Source of the DNA: an uncultured Bacteroidota bacterium
Lineage (GTDB): Bacteria > Bacteroidota > Bacteroidia > NS11-12g > UBA9320
Direction: 5' to 3'
Length of the DNA: 64,000 nucleotides
Assembly (NCBI GenBank): GCA_913050005.1
Contig: CAJXBI010000001.1
Span: 16,566-80,565, forward strand
Below, in pieces: positions 36,826 through 47,471 of the stretch (position 1 is the stretch's first letter; the number at the start of each line of letters is the position of its first letter). The position numbers and the translations under genes were made by a program. The notes beneath the pieces are model-generated. The model saw only the letters and a list, made by a program, of their open reading frames with translations. It did not search any database and had not been told where the DNA came from.

Positions 36826-39645
36826 ATCAAAAATCAGGATATCATAAAAATTATAGGTGCTAAAGAGCATAATCTTCGTAATGTTGATTTGGAAATTCCT
36901 AGGCATGAACTTGTTGTATTTACAGGTTTAAGTGGTAGTGGTAAATCAAGTCTAGCTTTTGATACCATTTTTGCAGAAGGTCAACGTAGATACATGGAAA
37001 CATTTTCTGCCTATGCAAGACAATTCATAGGTGAAATAAAACGTCCAGATGTTGATAAAATTGAGGGGTTGAGTCCTGTAATTGCCATTGAACAAAAGAC
37101 AGTAAGTAAAAACCCTCGGAGTACAGTAGGTACTATTACAGAGGTATATGACTTTTTAAGATTGCTTTTTTCTAGAGCTGGTACAGCATATTCTTACTTA
37201 AGTGGGAATAAGATGAAAAGTTTCACAGAAAAAGAAATTATTGACGGAGTTAATAATTTATTATTTACAAAAATGGTTATCCTCGCCCCATTAATCAAAG
37301 GTAGAAAAGGTCATTACAGAGATCTTTTTGAGCAATACAGAAAGCGAGGTTTCACAAAAGCTAGGGTAGATGGTGAATTGCAAGAAATTGAGTTAGGCAT
37401 GCAATTAGATCGATATAAAGTGCATGATATTGAGCTAGTTATTGATCGATTAACATCAGAAGATAAAGAAACTATCCGGTTGACAGATTCCATACGAACT
37501 GCATTAAAAATGGGCAAAGGAATTATTAGTGTGCTTGATTCAGAAACACAAGAAATTACCCACTTTAGTAAGTTTTTGATGGATGTTGAAACAGGATTAT
37601 CATACAATGAACCACAACCTAATTTATTTTCATTTAATTCTCCTTATGGTGCGTGTTTGTCATGTAGTGGTCTAGGAACTTCTTCTGATATTTTTAGAGA
37701 AGATTTGATTCCAAATCCAAAATTGAGCATAAACAAAGGAGGTCTTGCACCCCTTGGTGAGGTAAAGAACAACTGGACATTTACCCAACTCAATGCAATG
37801 GGTAAGAAGTTAAAATTTAGTTTATCTAAACCAATTTCTTTCATACCTTCTGATATTATGGATATCATTTTGAATGGATCGGATGAAAAGTTTGAAGTTG
37901 AATATCGAGGAAGTTCTGGATATAATCAAACTTTTGAAACCAATTGGAAAGGATTAATTCCCTCATTGATGGAGGCATATCACGAAAAAAACTATGGTAC
38001 GCTTAGCAGATGGGCAGATGAATTTATGACTGTAGTTCCTTGTGCAGATTGCAACGGAGGAAGGCTCAATAAAGAGGCTTTATCTTACCGTATTAGTGAT
38101 ACAAATATTGCAGATTTATCAACCAAAAGTATTGGTGATCTAGCAAAATGGTTGGAGAATGTATATTCAAACCTAGAGGACAGACAATTAGTCATTGCGC
38201 AAGAAATTCTTAAAGAAATAAGAGAACGTGTTCAGTTTTTATTGGATGTCGGACTTTCCTATTTATCACTCAATAATTCGGCTAAGACGTTAAGTGGAGG
38301 AGAAGCTCAACGAATTAGATTGGCAACTCAAATTGGATCTCAGCTTGAAGAAGTATTGTATATTTTAGATGAGCCAAGCATTGGACTTCATCAAAGGGAT
38401 AATCACAGGCTCATTCAATCCTTAAAAAATTTACGAGATATTGGCAACTCTGTTATTGTAGTAGAACATGATAAAGATATGATTGTTCAGAGTGATTATG
38501 TGGTTGATATTGGTCCATTTGCTGGAAAGAATGGAGGTCAGATTGTTTCAAGTGGGAAATGGGAAGAAATTCAAAATAATGGAACACTTACAGCAGATTA
38601 TTTGTCAGGAAAGCGAGAAATTCCTATTCCTTCAAAACGCAGAAAAGGAAATGGAAAGAAAATATCACTTTATGGATGTGAGGGTAATAATTTGAAAAAT
38701 ATTACGGTTCATTTTCCTATAGGTAAACTAATTGCAGTGACGGGTGTAAGTGGTAGTGGGAAGAGTAGTCTAATTAACGAAACTCTGCATCCTATTCTTT
38801 CGGAATATGTTTATAAGTCCAAAAAGAAACCCTTAAAATATAAAAAGGTAAAAGGACTCGAACATATTGATAAGGTAATCACAATAGATCAATCTCCAAT
38901 TGGAAGAACACCAAGGAGTAATCCTGCTACTTATGTAGGTTTTTTCTCGGAAATTCGTACATTATTTGCCGATATTGGGGAGTCAAAAATTAGAGGGTAT
39001 AAACCAGGTAGGTTTAGTTTTAATGTGAAAGGCGGAAGATGCGAAACTTGCAAAGGAGGGGGACAAAAAGTAATTGAGATGAACTTTTTACCAGATGTTT
39101 TGGTAGAATGTGAAACATGTCAAGGTAAACGATACAACAGAGAAACCCTTGATATTCGATATAAGAATAAAAATATAAGTGATATTCTAGACATGACTGT
39201 TGAGGAAGCTGTCCAATTTTTTGAGGCTGTTCCATCAATTTATAGAAAGATAAAAGCATTAAATGATGTTGGTCTTGGCTATATTACACTCGGGCAAAGT
39301 AGTACAACTATCTCAGGAGGAGAAGCTCAACGCGTAAAATTAGCAAGTGAGCTGTGTAAAATTAGTACAGGTCAAACATTCTATATTCTAGATGAGCCTA
39401 CTACTGGTCTTCATTTTGAAGATATTAATGTTTTACTAAATGTACTTCAAAACTTGGTTGAACTAGGAAATACAGTTTTATTAATTGAGCATAATTTGGA
39501 CGTAGTTAAAGTTGCGGATTGGATTATTGATATTGGACCTGAAGGGGGGAATGCTGGAGGTGAATTAATTATAGAAGGAACACCTGAACAAGTAATTAAA
39601 TCCAAGGTTGGACACACATCTAAATTTTTGGAAGCAGAATTTTAA
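36826..39645 (+). CDS. uvrA: Excinuclease ABC subunit UvrA, apparent non-canonical start
   Basis: Two ABC cassettes (GLSGSGKSS, LSGGEAQRI, GVSGSGKSS, LDEPTTGLH) and CxxC pairs. The conserved IIGAKEHNLRN lies upstream of the ORF-track TTG (36889); the frame is open back to TAA 36796 with no ATG/GTG/TTG, so ATC 36826 is proposed. Confidence 0.95.
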   Translation: MKNQDIIKIIGAKEHNLRNVDLEIPRHELVVFTGLSGSGKSSLAFDTIFAEGQRRYMETFSAYARQFIGEIKRPDVDKIEGLSPVIAIEQKTVSKNPRSTVGTITEVYDFLRLLFSRAGTAYSYLSGNKMKSFTEKEIIDGVNNLLFTKMVILAPLIKGRKGHYRDLFEQYRKRGFTKARVDGELQEIELGMQLDRYKVHDIELVIDRLTSEDKETIRLTDSIRTALKMGKGIISVLDSETQEITHFSKFLMDVETGLSYNEPQPNLFSFNSPYGACLSCSGLGTSSDIFREDLIPNPKLSINKGGLAPLGEVKNNWTFTQLNAMGKKLKFSLSKPISFIPSDIMDIILNGSDEKFEVEYRGSSGYNQTFETNWKGLIPSLMEAYHEKNYGTLSRWADEFMTVVPCADCNGGRLNKEALSYRISDTNIADLSTKSIGDLAKWLENVYSNLEDRQLVIAQEILKEIRERVQFLLDVGLSYLSLNNSAKTLSGGEAQRIRLATQIGSQLEEVLYILDEPSIGLHQRDNHRLIQSLKNLRDIGNSVIVVEHDKDMIVQSDYVVDIGPFAGKNGGQIVSSGKWEEIQNNGTLTADYLSGKREIPIPSKRRKGNGKKISLYGCEGNNLKNITVHFPIGKLIAVTGVSGSGKSSLINETLHPILSEYVYKSKKKPLKYKKVKGLEHIDKVITIDQSPIGRTPRSNPATYVGFFSEIRTLFADIGESKIRGYKPGRFSFNVKGGRCETCKGGGQKVIEMNFLPDVLVECETCQGKRYNRETLDIRYKNKNISDILDMTVEEAVQFFEAVPSIYRKIKALNDVGLGYITLGQSSTTISGGEAQRVKLASELCKISTGQTFYILDEPTTGLHFEDINVLLNVLQNLVELGNTVLLIEHNLDVVKVADWIIDIGPEGGNAGGELIIEGTPEQVIKSKVGHTSKFLEAEF

Positions 39646-39711
39646 TTAAAATCAGGACTGCCTATAAGTCACATTTGGTATCATGGCTTAGTTTTAGTAT
39701 ACATTAGCAAA

Positions 39712-41448
39712 ATGAGCAAAAAAAATGTCTCCATAAAATGGGCATTCAAAGAATTTATTTGGCCTAGACGAAGGATGATTGGATTAGGTCTTGTATTGAT
39801 AATTGTAAGAAGTCTCACAGGTCTTGTACTTCCTTATGAAACCAAGATTCTGCTAGACGATATTGTTCCGTCTGGAGATATAGCCGGGTTAAAAAATGTA
39901 ATTGGTTTGGTATGTGGAGCTATATTTATACAAGCAGTTACATCGTTTATATTAACTCGACTTTTGAGTGTTGAGGCTCAATTTTTAATATCACAATTAA
40001 GAGCACAGGTACAAAAGAAACTTTTAAAATTACCTATCTCGTTTTTTGATAATCACAAGTCTGGAGCCCTTGTAAGTCGTGTAATGAGTGATGTGGAAGG
40101 AGTTCGAAATCTTGTTGGAACTGGATTAGTTCAACTAATAGGGGGGTCGATTACATCATTGGTTGCTTTATTTTTTCTAATTGACATAAATGCATCGATG
40201 ACTCTATTTGTTTTACTTCCTGTTTTGATCTTTGCCTTTATTGCCATGAAGGCATTTGGCTATATAAGACCCATTTTTCGGGATCGGGGTAAAATTAACG
40301 CAGAAGTGACCGGAAGACTTACGGAAACTCTAAATGGAGTTAGAGTTATTAAAGGGTTTAATGCAGAAGAACAAGAAAATAAGACTTTTGAAAAAGGAGT
40401 TGAGAAGCTTTATCTTAATGTCAAAAAGAGCCTAACTGCTACTGCTTTAATGACGAGTTCATCTACATTTTTATTAGGATTGGCATCTACAGGAATAATT
40501 GGAATAGGGGGTTATTTCATGATGGAAAATACGATGACGAATGGTGACTTTGTCTCATTTACACTATTTCTAGGATTTATGATTGCACCAATTGTTCAAA
40601 TGAGTAATATTGGAAGTCAGCTCACAGAGGCTTTAGCTGGACTTGATAGAACTCAGGAATTAATGAATCGAGAAGAAGAGGACAATCCGGTTGTAAGAAA
40701 GCAGTTTTTGAAAAATATAAAAGGGGACATAAAATTTAATTCGGTGTCTTTCCATTATGAGGATAATAAAGAGGTTTTGCATAATATCACCTTTGAGGCA
40801 AAAGCAGGTACAGTTACAGCATTAGTGGGTTCTTCTGGTAGTGGTAAATCAACTATTGCTGGTCTTGCTGCTACATATTTAACCCCTTTCAAAGGGGTGG
40901 TTACTATTGATGGTTTTAATTTATCACAAATCAATTTGAGCAGTTATCGACAGCATTTAGGTGTTGTATTGCAAGATGACTTTTTGTTTGAGGGAACTAT
41001 TCGAGAAAATATTCTTTTTCCTAGACCATTAGCCACAGATGAAGAACTAATTTACTCAGTAAAAGCAGCTTACGTTCATGAATTTACAGATCGTTTTGAG
41101 AAAGGTTTGGATACAATAATTGGTGAACGTGGGGTGAAATTGAGCGGTGGTCAACGTCAACGAATAGCCATAGCACGAGCTTTATTAGCTAATCCCAAGA
41201 TAATTTTACTGGATGAGGCCACATCTAACCTCGACAATGAAAGTGAGCGTTACATTCAAAAAAGTCTTGAATTACTTATGAAAAATCGTACCACTTTTGT
41301 GATTGCACATCGATTGAGTACTATTCAACAAGCAGACCAAATTTTAGTAATCGAAGATGGATGCATTGTCGAACAAGGTAAACACAACGAATTACTTGCT
41401 CAGAAAGGAAGGTATCATGACCTATTCACTTTTCAAAGTAGGATATGA
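39712..41448 (+). CDS. ABC exporter, fused TMD and NBD (MsbA/Sav1866-like)
   Basis: N-terminal TM domain; GSSGSGKST, VLQD, LSGGQRQR, LLDEATSNLD, IAHRLST. Confidence 0.95.
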   Translation: MSKKNVSIKWAFKEFIWPRRRMIGLGLVLIIVRSLTGLVLPYETKILLDDIVPSGDIAGLKNVIGLVCGAIFIQAVTSFILTRLLSVEAQFLISQLRAQVQKKLLKLPISFFDNHKSGALVSRVMSDVEGVRNLVGTGLVQLIGGSITSLVALFFLIDINASMTLFVLLPVLIFAFIAMKAFGYIRPIFRDRGKINAEVTGRLTETLNGVRVIKGFNAEEQENKTFEKGVEKLYLNVKKSLTATALMTSSSTFLLGLASTGIIGIGGYFMMENTMTNGDFVSFTLFLGFMIAPIVQMSNIGSQLTEALAGLDRTQELMNREEEDNPVVRKQFLKNIKGDIKFNSVSFHYEDNKEVLHNITFEAKAGTVTALVGSSGSGKSTIAGLAATYLTPFKGVVTIDGFNLSQINLSSYRQHLGVVLQDDFLFEGTIRENILFPRPLATDEELIYSVKAAYVHEFTDRFEKGLDTIIGERGVKLSGGQRQRIAIARALLANPKIILLDEATSNLDNESERYIQKSLELLMKNRTTFVIAHRLSTIQQADQILVIEDGCIVEQGKHNELLAQKGRYHDLFTFQSRI

Positions 41449-41457
41449 CATATTTTT

Positions 41458-42417
41458 TTACCGTTCTCTAACCCATTTTTTTCGTTCATGAGAATTGTGA
41501 TAAGTCCATGCTATAATTCGGCTGCTCTTATTTCCTTGTCCCATAGGAATTGTTTTAACATCAAAGGCCTCCATCTTTCTAAGGGCAAGATAAATATTCT
41601 TAAGATTGCCGTGTTTGCTTACAAGTGAAGTAAACCATAACACATTTTTTTTGAATTGTTTACTCTCCTTAATCATATTTTTTATGAACCGTAATTCGCC
41701 ACCTTCACACCAGATTTCATTATGCATTCCACCAAAACTAGGATTAGGTTTCTTTGGTTTCTCGCCTTTCAAATTTTTTATTTTTTTCATATTTGCTGAT
41801 ATGGCCTCAGCCTGTGAAGCGTGAAAGGGGGGGTTGCAAACTGTGATATCAAATATTTCATTTGGTTTGATAATGCCTCTAAAAAAATGATTGATATTTT
41901 CTTGATATCGAATATTAACACTGAGCCTATTATTTTTAATAATTTCTTGAGCAGAATTAATGGAGGTTAAATCTATATCTGAGCCAACAAAATCCCAATC
42001 GTATTCACAATGGCCTATAATCGGGTAAATGCAATTTGCCCCCATACCAATGTCTAAGGCGTGAATTATAGGTCCTTTTGGTATTCTCTTATTATCGTCG
42101 CTAGCTAGTAAATCTGCAATATGATGAATGTAGTCAGCCCTTCCCGGAACTGGAGGGCAGAGGTATCCAGACGGGATATCCCAGTTTTTAATGCCATAAT
42201 TAAATTTTAGTAACGATTGATTCAAAATTTTAACAGCTTCAGCACTAAAAAAATTAATGGTTTCTTTACCGTATTTATTCACACTTACAAATTTTTCTAG
42301 TTCAGGTGTTTGTTCAATTAGCCTAGGAAAATTATACTTTGTTTTGTGACGATTCCTTCTGTGAAGCCTATTCTTGATTTTAGATTTTTGTTTGGTATTC
42401 TTATTTTCTTCACCCAT
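41458..42417 (-). CDS. rlmF: 23S rRNA m6A1618 methyltransferase
   Basis: LHRRNRH, YLCPPVPGRADYIH, LDIGMGANCIYP, CNPPFH, FGG..NEIWCEGGE, MGQGNKSSR. Confidence 0.94.
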   Translation of the reverse strand: MGEENKNTKQKSKIKNRLHRRNRHKTKYNFPRLIEQTPELEKFVSVNKYGKETINFFSAEAVKILNQSLLKFNYGIKNWDIPSGYLCPPVPGRADYIHHIADLLASDDNKRIPKGPIIHALDIGMGANCIYPIIGHCEYDWDFVGSDIDLTSINSAQEIIKNNRLSVNIRYQENINHFFRGIIKPNEIFDITVCNPPFHASQAEAISANMKKIKNLKGEKPKKPNPSFGGMHNEIWCEGGELRFIKNMIKESKQFKKNVLWFTSLVSKHGNLKNIYLALRKMEAFDVKTIPMGQGNKSSRIIAWTYHNSHERKKWVRER

Positions 42418-42460
42418 GATTTTAAAAATCTACTTTATTAATGCGACGTTTTGAAATAAT

Positions 42461-45112
42461 TTAAAAGTCAAACCAACTTCGTCTTCTGTTAAGTTTGAGG
42501 TCTTGTAACGTACTTGATTTTACATTAATTCCAAATGAGAACATCTGTCTTCCAATTGGGTACCATTCAAAGTTCATTTGCCAACAATGCAAGTCTCTAT
42601 AGAAATTTATGGAGGTTAAAGACAGCTCTTTTTTGGTAATGTCATAGCCACTATTCAATCCAATTTTCCAGTTTTCAGATAGTTTTATGTCTCCATTAAA
42701 TGTGATGCTTTGTATTACTGATTTTTCTAGTAATACAGGGCGATTGGCTCTCATATTATAATTGACGTTTAAACTCCATGGGAGGTTAAAATCTATATAA
42801 TTTTGTTTATTATTATTGATAAACTCAAGTTCTTGTTCATTAGCATTATCTATGGATTTACGTTTAAAAGCATTCGGATTTAAGTTGGTTGAAATGGATA
42901 AATTACTTTGCGTAAAATGACCCAAGGTATTCATGGTATTAAAGGCATATTCTTTTCTACGATTTGATCTAGTTCCATCATCGTTTAATTCCCATTGGTA
43001 GGGATCAAATGTAGTTCCAAAAGTCATTCGTATTTTATTTAGTATAGTGGTATTTCCACTAATACTCAAACTGGAGAGGTTAAATGAGTCAGCTAAAAAG
43101 TTATAACCACTTCTTATATTTAGATTTTCAATAATTTTAATTTTTTTGATTCCACCATTGGTGGTGTCTTTTTGAGATTTGATTTTTATCTCAAGATTAT
43201 TTCCAACGCCGAAATTTAAAGATGCTTGTGGTCCAGTCGAGGGACGTCCCAAAAGACCATTTTCGTATATCGAATATGTACTGAATATTTGAGGTGTATC
43301 TGATTGGACATTTCGATAACCATTTTTTTCGCCCGTTGAAAAATCAGGGCTATAAACTGCTGAAATGTTAGGGCGAATAACATGGCGTATGGCTTGTAAC
43401 TTGCTCCCTTTTTTGAAAATTTTCATTCCATACAAAATGGTACTTAAGCTTATGCTAGTTCTGTACGATACTGCTCTATGAAAACCTTTGATGGTATTAG
43501 TTATCAATGAGTCTCTCTCTTCGTCCCATGTTTTTTCTGTAGTTTCTAAGTACCAATATTCGTCAAAGCTAATATTTGGTGACACTGTAATCCATTTTAA
43601 TGCCTTGAATGATGTACTTATTGGTATTCGGTGGCTAATTCCGTTTCTAATATTATCTCTTAGGTTAGAAGTTTTAATTGATGAATTACCACTGAGTTGT
43701 TCACGAATACTTCCAATTAGTATAGTGTCAATAGTTCTAATTTCATTTCGAAATGTACCTTGATAGGATACCCCAAAATTTTTCATAAAACTTCGTAATG
43801 TCTTATTTTTTGAATTAAAGGTTTTAAAGGGCATTTGTCTACTCATATTTGCTGTCATTTGAGGTAGCGTCATGGTGAGGTCTCCAGTACTCAGATTTTG
43901 GTTAATATTACTGGCGATACTCAAATTAATTTTTCTGTTAAAAAAACCACGGCTATATGATACACTAGAGTTTGAGTTAGTACTTATAATATCATCATAA
44001 TTTGTTGTGTTATTTTTAAGAAAGCTACTGGTTACAAAGTTGACATTTGCACTAAAATTACTACCTGGTCTTGATTTTGCATCTTTGGTATAATTCCAGC
44101 TTAGTCTATAATCATTAGAAACACGGAAAGATGGCGACTCTGGTTCCCCAAATTCGTTTTTATTAAAACTAAATCGAAGGTTACCTCGGTATTTATATCG
44201 TTTGTAATAATTAGACATAAGTGTGAATCCCCAGCTTCCTCTAAAATAAATATCACTAGAAATTTGGACATCAAAAAAGTCACTTATTGGAAGATAATAA
44301 CCAAGTCCACGAAGATTATACCCTCTTTCTTGAGATTGTCCAAAATTTGGGAAGAGTATCCCATGTTTTCTTTTTTTAGGTATAGGAAAAAATCCAAATG
44401 GTACTACAATAGGGGTATTAATACCTGCTATAACCAAGTTAGCAGGTCCAGTAATTATTTGTTTACCTGGGATCACTTTAATTTTATCGGCTTTAATGTA
44501 GAAATGAGGATCAGGCAAATTACAAGTTGTGAACTGTGCATCTTTAACGTAAATATTTTCTTGACTGTCTCTCAAAACTCGTTTACCATGAATGTAGCCG
44601 TCTTTTTCCGTGGTTAATACACCAAACGAAATTCCTTTTTTGGTTTTAAAGTTGTATTTCATGGTATCAGCTTCATAGATTTTTCCATTATCATCAAAAG
44701 TAGGTCTACCTATATAATTATGAGTAGAATCGTCTACAATTCCAGTAGCAAATACGTCCATAGAACGAAAATCAATTGCAATGAAATCAGCATTAAGTTT
44801 AATATTTTGAAAAATAATTTGAGCTTTACCATAAAGGTAGGCTTTTTGAGCTTTTAAGTCAAGAATGGTAGAGTCTTGAGCGTCATATTTTACTTTGTCT
44901 TCAATATCTGATTTGTGGTCTAATACAGAAAATAAAATTGAATCTTTTGAAATTGAATCTTGTTGAATGATACTGGTTAAAGTGGTATCATTATTTTGTG
45001 AAAAAACAAATTGACCTATCAAAATATTACCAAATATCAAAAGCACTCGATTAACTTGGTGTATTTTTCTAATCAATGACCTAAAACCAGATATGTACTT
45101 ATTGTGAATCAA
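42461..45112 (-). CDS. lptD: Bacteroidota-type LPS assembly outer-membrane protein LptD
   Basis: KYDAQDS, LYGKAQ, FTTCNLPDPHF, PFGFFP, GILFP, GYYLPISD, C-terminal beta-barrel ending RDLHCWQM...LQDLK; exact start uncertain. Confidence 0.82.
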   Translation of the reverse strand: MIHNKYISGFRSLIRKIHQVNRVLLIFGNILIGQFVFSQNNDTTLTSIIQQDSISKDSILFSVLDHKSDIEDKVKYDAQDSTILDLKAQKAYLYGKAQIIFQNIKLNADFIAIDFRSMDVFATGIVDDSTHNYIGRPTFDDNGKIYEADTMKYNFKTKKGISFGVLTTEKDGYIHGKRVLRDSQENIYVKDAQFTTCNLPDPHFYIKADKIKVIPGKQIITGPANLVIAGINTPIVVPFGFFPIPKKRKHGILFPNFGQSQERGYNLRGLGYYLPISDFFDVQISSDIYFRGSWGFTLMSNYYKRYKYRGNLRFSFNKNEFGEPESPSFRVSNDYRLSWNYTKDAKSRPGSNFSANVNFVTSSFLKNNTTNYDDIISTNSNSSVSYSRGFFNRKINLSIASNINQNLSTGDLTMTLPQMTANMSRQMPFKTFNSKNKTLRSFMKNFGVSYQGTFRNEIRTIDTILIGSIREQLSGNSSIKTSNLRDNIRNGISHRIPISTSFKALKWITVSPNISFDEYWYLETTEKTWDEERDSLITNTIKGFHRAVSYRTSISLSTILYGMKIFKKGSKLQAIRHVIRPNISAVYSPDFSTGEKNGYRNVQSDTPQIFSTYSIYENGLLGRPSTGPQASLNFGVGNNLEIKIKSQKDTTNGGIKKIKIIENLNIRSGYNFLADSFNLSSLSISGNTTILNKIRMTFGTTFDPYQWELNDDGTRSNRRKEYAFNTMNTLGHFTQSNLSISTNLNPNAFKRKSIDNANEQELEFINNNKQNYIDFNLPWSLNVNYNMRANRPVLLEKSVIQSITFNGDIKLSENWKIGLNSGYDITKKELSLTSINFYRDLHCWQMNFEWYPIGRQMFSFGINVKSSTLQDLKLNRRRSWFDF

Positions 45113-45422
45113 TAAAAGTTATTACTTACTGCAATAATCGTTCAAACCAACAATTTTATTAAACAAGATTATTTTCTATTAAGCTATTGTATATAGAAAT
45201 TAAGACATACTCAAATATTATTGGGTTTTAGGAAAATGTAATATCAGAACACTCGTTATTAGATTTTTATACTTTGGATGAAAAATTGGACCATAATGAA
45301 CGAGAAAAACTACATTAAAGGACATTATCAACATTAGCATAATATTTATTAGGTTAAAGTTCTCATTATATTTGGACTAATAATTGTTGTCTTTTTAAAC
45401 AATAAGTTACGTACAAGATATC

Positions 45423-46370
45423 ATGAAAATATCAAAAGAAACCAAAGTTGGCGTTTTAACTGCAATTGCTATTACTATTTTAGCTGTAGGATATAATTTC
45501 ATAAAAGGTAAAGATATTTTTACTTCTAGCAATGAGTACTATGGTAAGTACAAAAAAATTGAAGGTTTATTTAAATCAAATCCTGTTTTAGTAAATGGCT
45601 ACAAAGTTGGAAGTGTGAGCTCCGTTAAGATGAATAATGAGACTTTGGAACTTATCGTTGGTATTATTTTGCCTCAAGATATTAAAATCCCTAAAAATTC
45701 AATCATGAAGATAGTTAATAACGACATGATTGGTAGTAAGGCTATTGAAATCATTTTTGGTGATAGTAAAGAGGTAGCTATTAATGGTGATTTTTTTATT
45801 GCACAACAAGATCAGGGTATAGCGCAAGCAGTTAGTGATGTACTAACACCAATAACAAAAAGTGTAAATTCTGTGCTTGGTAATGTAGATACTGCGATTT
45901 CAGGTGTTGATTTAAGAGGTACTTTAAAAGATGCTTCACTTGCCCTTAGGTCATTTAAAGAAACCGCAGATAAATTAAATAAGCTGCTCGATGGTAAAAA
46001 TATTCAAATTGCGAATATTCTTAACAACGTAGAACAAGTAACAGTAGGATTGAGGGGCTTAAATCCTAAAATTGACACAATTCTCGTAGATCTAAATAAA
46101 ACATCAAAGGATCTCAACAAAGTTGAGTTTGATCAATTGGCTAACAGCATAAAAACATTATCTGAAGAGCTGTTTAAGACAACTAAAGCTATCAATAATA
46201 AAGATGGATCTTTAGGTATGTTGGTGTATGATGATTCGTTGTATGTTAATCTTAACTCAACAGTTAATCAATTAAATAATTTACTTAAGGATATTGAGAA
46301 ATATCCAAGAAGATATACAGGTGTGACAGAAAGACAACGAAGAAAGGGTAATAAGCTAAAGGAAAAATAG
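45423..46370 (+). CDS. MlaD/MCE family protein
   Basis: MKISKETKVG, TM helix, NFIKGKDIF, GL..SNPVLVNGYKVGSV, helical tail, GSLGML..DD.LY.NL; TATATTTG box at 45367-45374. Confidence 0.9.
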   Translation: MKISKETKVGVLTAIAITILAVGYNFIKGKDIFTSSNEYYGKYKKIEGLFKSNPVLVNGYKVGSVSSVKMNNETLELIVGIILPQDIKIPKNSIMKIVNNDMIGSKAIEIIFGDSKEVAINGDFFIAQQDQGIAQAVSDVLTPITKSVNSVLGNVDTAISGVDLRGTLKDASLALRSFKETADKLNKLLDGKNIQIANILNNVEQVTVGLRGLNPKIDTILVDLNKTSKDLNKVEFDQLANSIKTLSEELFKTTKAINNKDGSLGMLVYDDSLYVNLNSTVNQLNNLLKDIEKYPRRYTGVTERQRRKGNKLKEK

Positions 46371-46372
46371 CA

Positions 46373-47386
46373 TTAATTTAATGTTCCAATTTTCTTAATT
46401 AACCCTGGACCTGAATAAATAAATCCAGTATAAATTTCTAGTAAGTTTGCTCCAGCTTCTAGTTTTGATTTAGCAGAAGATACATTTTCGATACCACCTA
46501 CACCAATAATGGTCATGTCAGATTTATCTCTGATATGTCGAACTATTTGGTTGGATGATTCCAGTAATATGTGGCCACTGATTCCTCCATTTCCTAGTTC
46601 AGTAACAATTTTGGGATTGCTATTTTTTAGGAGAGTTCGATTGATTGTGGTGTTAGTAGCAACAATGCCCTCGAAAGATATTTCTTTCTGCAAGGCTACG
46701 ATTTCGTCCAGTTGTGATATGCTGAGATCCGGCGCTATCTTTAAATATAATGGTTTCCAATCATCTTGAGTTAATCGAATAGATAACAAAGCATTAAGTA
46801 TTTTTAGAAGTTCATCTTTATTTTGTAACTCACGTAAGTTAGGGGTATTTGGAGAACTAACGTTAACAATGAAAAAATCAGCTAGTTCGTACAATTCCTC
46901 ATAACATTTAACATAATCATCGACTGCATTTTCGTTTGTAGTAGTTTTATTTTTCCCAATGTTTATACCAATTTTCATAGAGCAATCGCGTTCTTTTTTT
47001 CTGAATAATTTTAAGCGATGTTTCAGTGCTTTTAGTCCTTCATTATTGAATCCCATTCGATTCAGTAGAGCTCTATCTTTTTTCAATCTAAATAACCGCG
47101 GTTTTGGATTTCCACTTTGAGGTTTTGGGGTTACTGTTCCAATTTCTACAAATCCAAAGTTCAGCATATAAAGTTCATCTAAAAACTTTCCGTCTTTATC
47201 AAATCCTGCTGCAAGTCCAATTGTATTTTTGTAAGTAATACCGTCAACCTTTACAGGGTTATCCTCAAATTGAAACATGTTATAAACAAAAGGTAGCCTA
47301 CTTATGTATTTAAAAATAAACATTGTAATATAATGAGCTTTTTCAGCTGAAATTAAAAAAAAGAAACTCCGTATTATTTTATACAT
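46373..47386 (-). CDS. pyrD: Quinone-dependent dihydroorotate dehydrogenase (class 2)
   Basis: GLAAGFDK, EIGTVTPKPQSGNPKPRLFRL, NRMGFNN, NIGKNK, NVSSPNTPNLRELQ, KIAPDL, TNTT, GGISG. Confidence 0.97.
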   Translation of the reverse strand: MYKIIRSFFFLISAEKAHYITMFIFKYISRLPFVYNMFQFEDNPVKVDGITYKNTIGLAAGFDKDGKFLDELYMLNFGFVEIGTVTPKPQSGNPKPRLFRLKKDRALLNRMGFNNEGLKALKHRLKLFRKKERDCSMKIGINIGKNKTTTNENAVDDYVKCYEELYELADFFIVNVSSPNTPNLRELQNKDELLKILNALLSIRLTQDDWKPLYLKIAPDLSISQLDEIVALQKEISFEGIVATNTTINRTLLKNSNPKIVTELGNGGISGHILLESSNQIVRHIRDKSDMTIIGVGGIENVSSAKSKLEAGANLLEIYTGFIYSGPGLIKKIGTLN

Positions 47387-47471
47387 TTTAGCAAATTTTA
47401 CTTAGAACTGGTTTAATATCAAAATAAAGTTTAGTGCCTTACCGAACACAATGTTAAATTTGTTGTTTTAA

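Noticed and set aside
45278-45337. 19-codon ORF MKNWTIMNEKNYIKGHYQH in the lptD-mlaD gap
   Set aside because: No terminator, attenuator signature or recognisable similarity; expected by chance.
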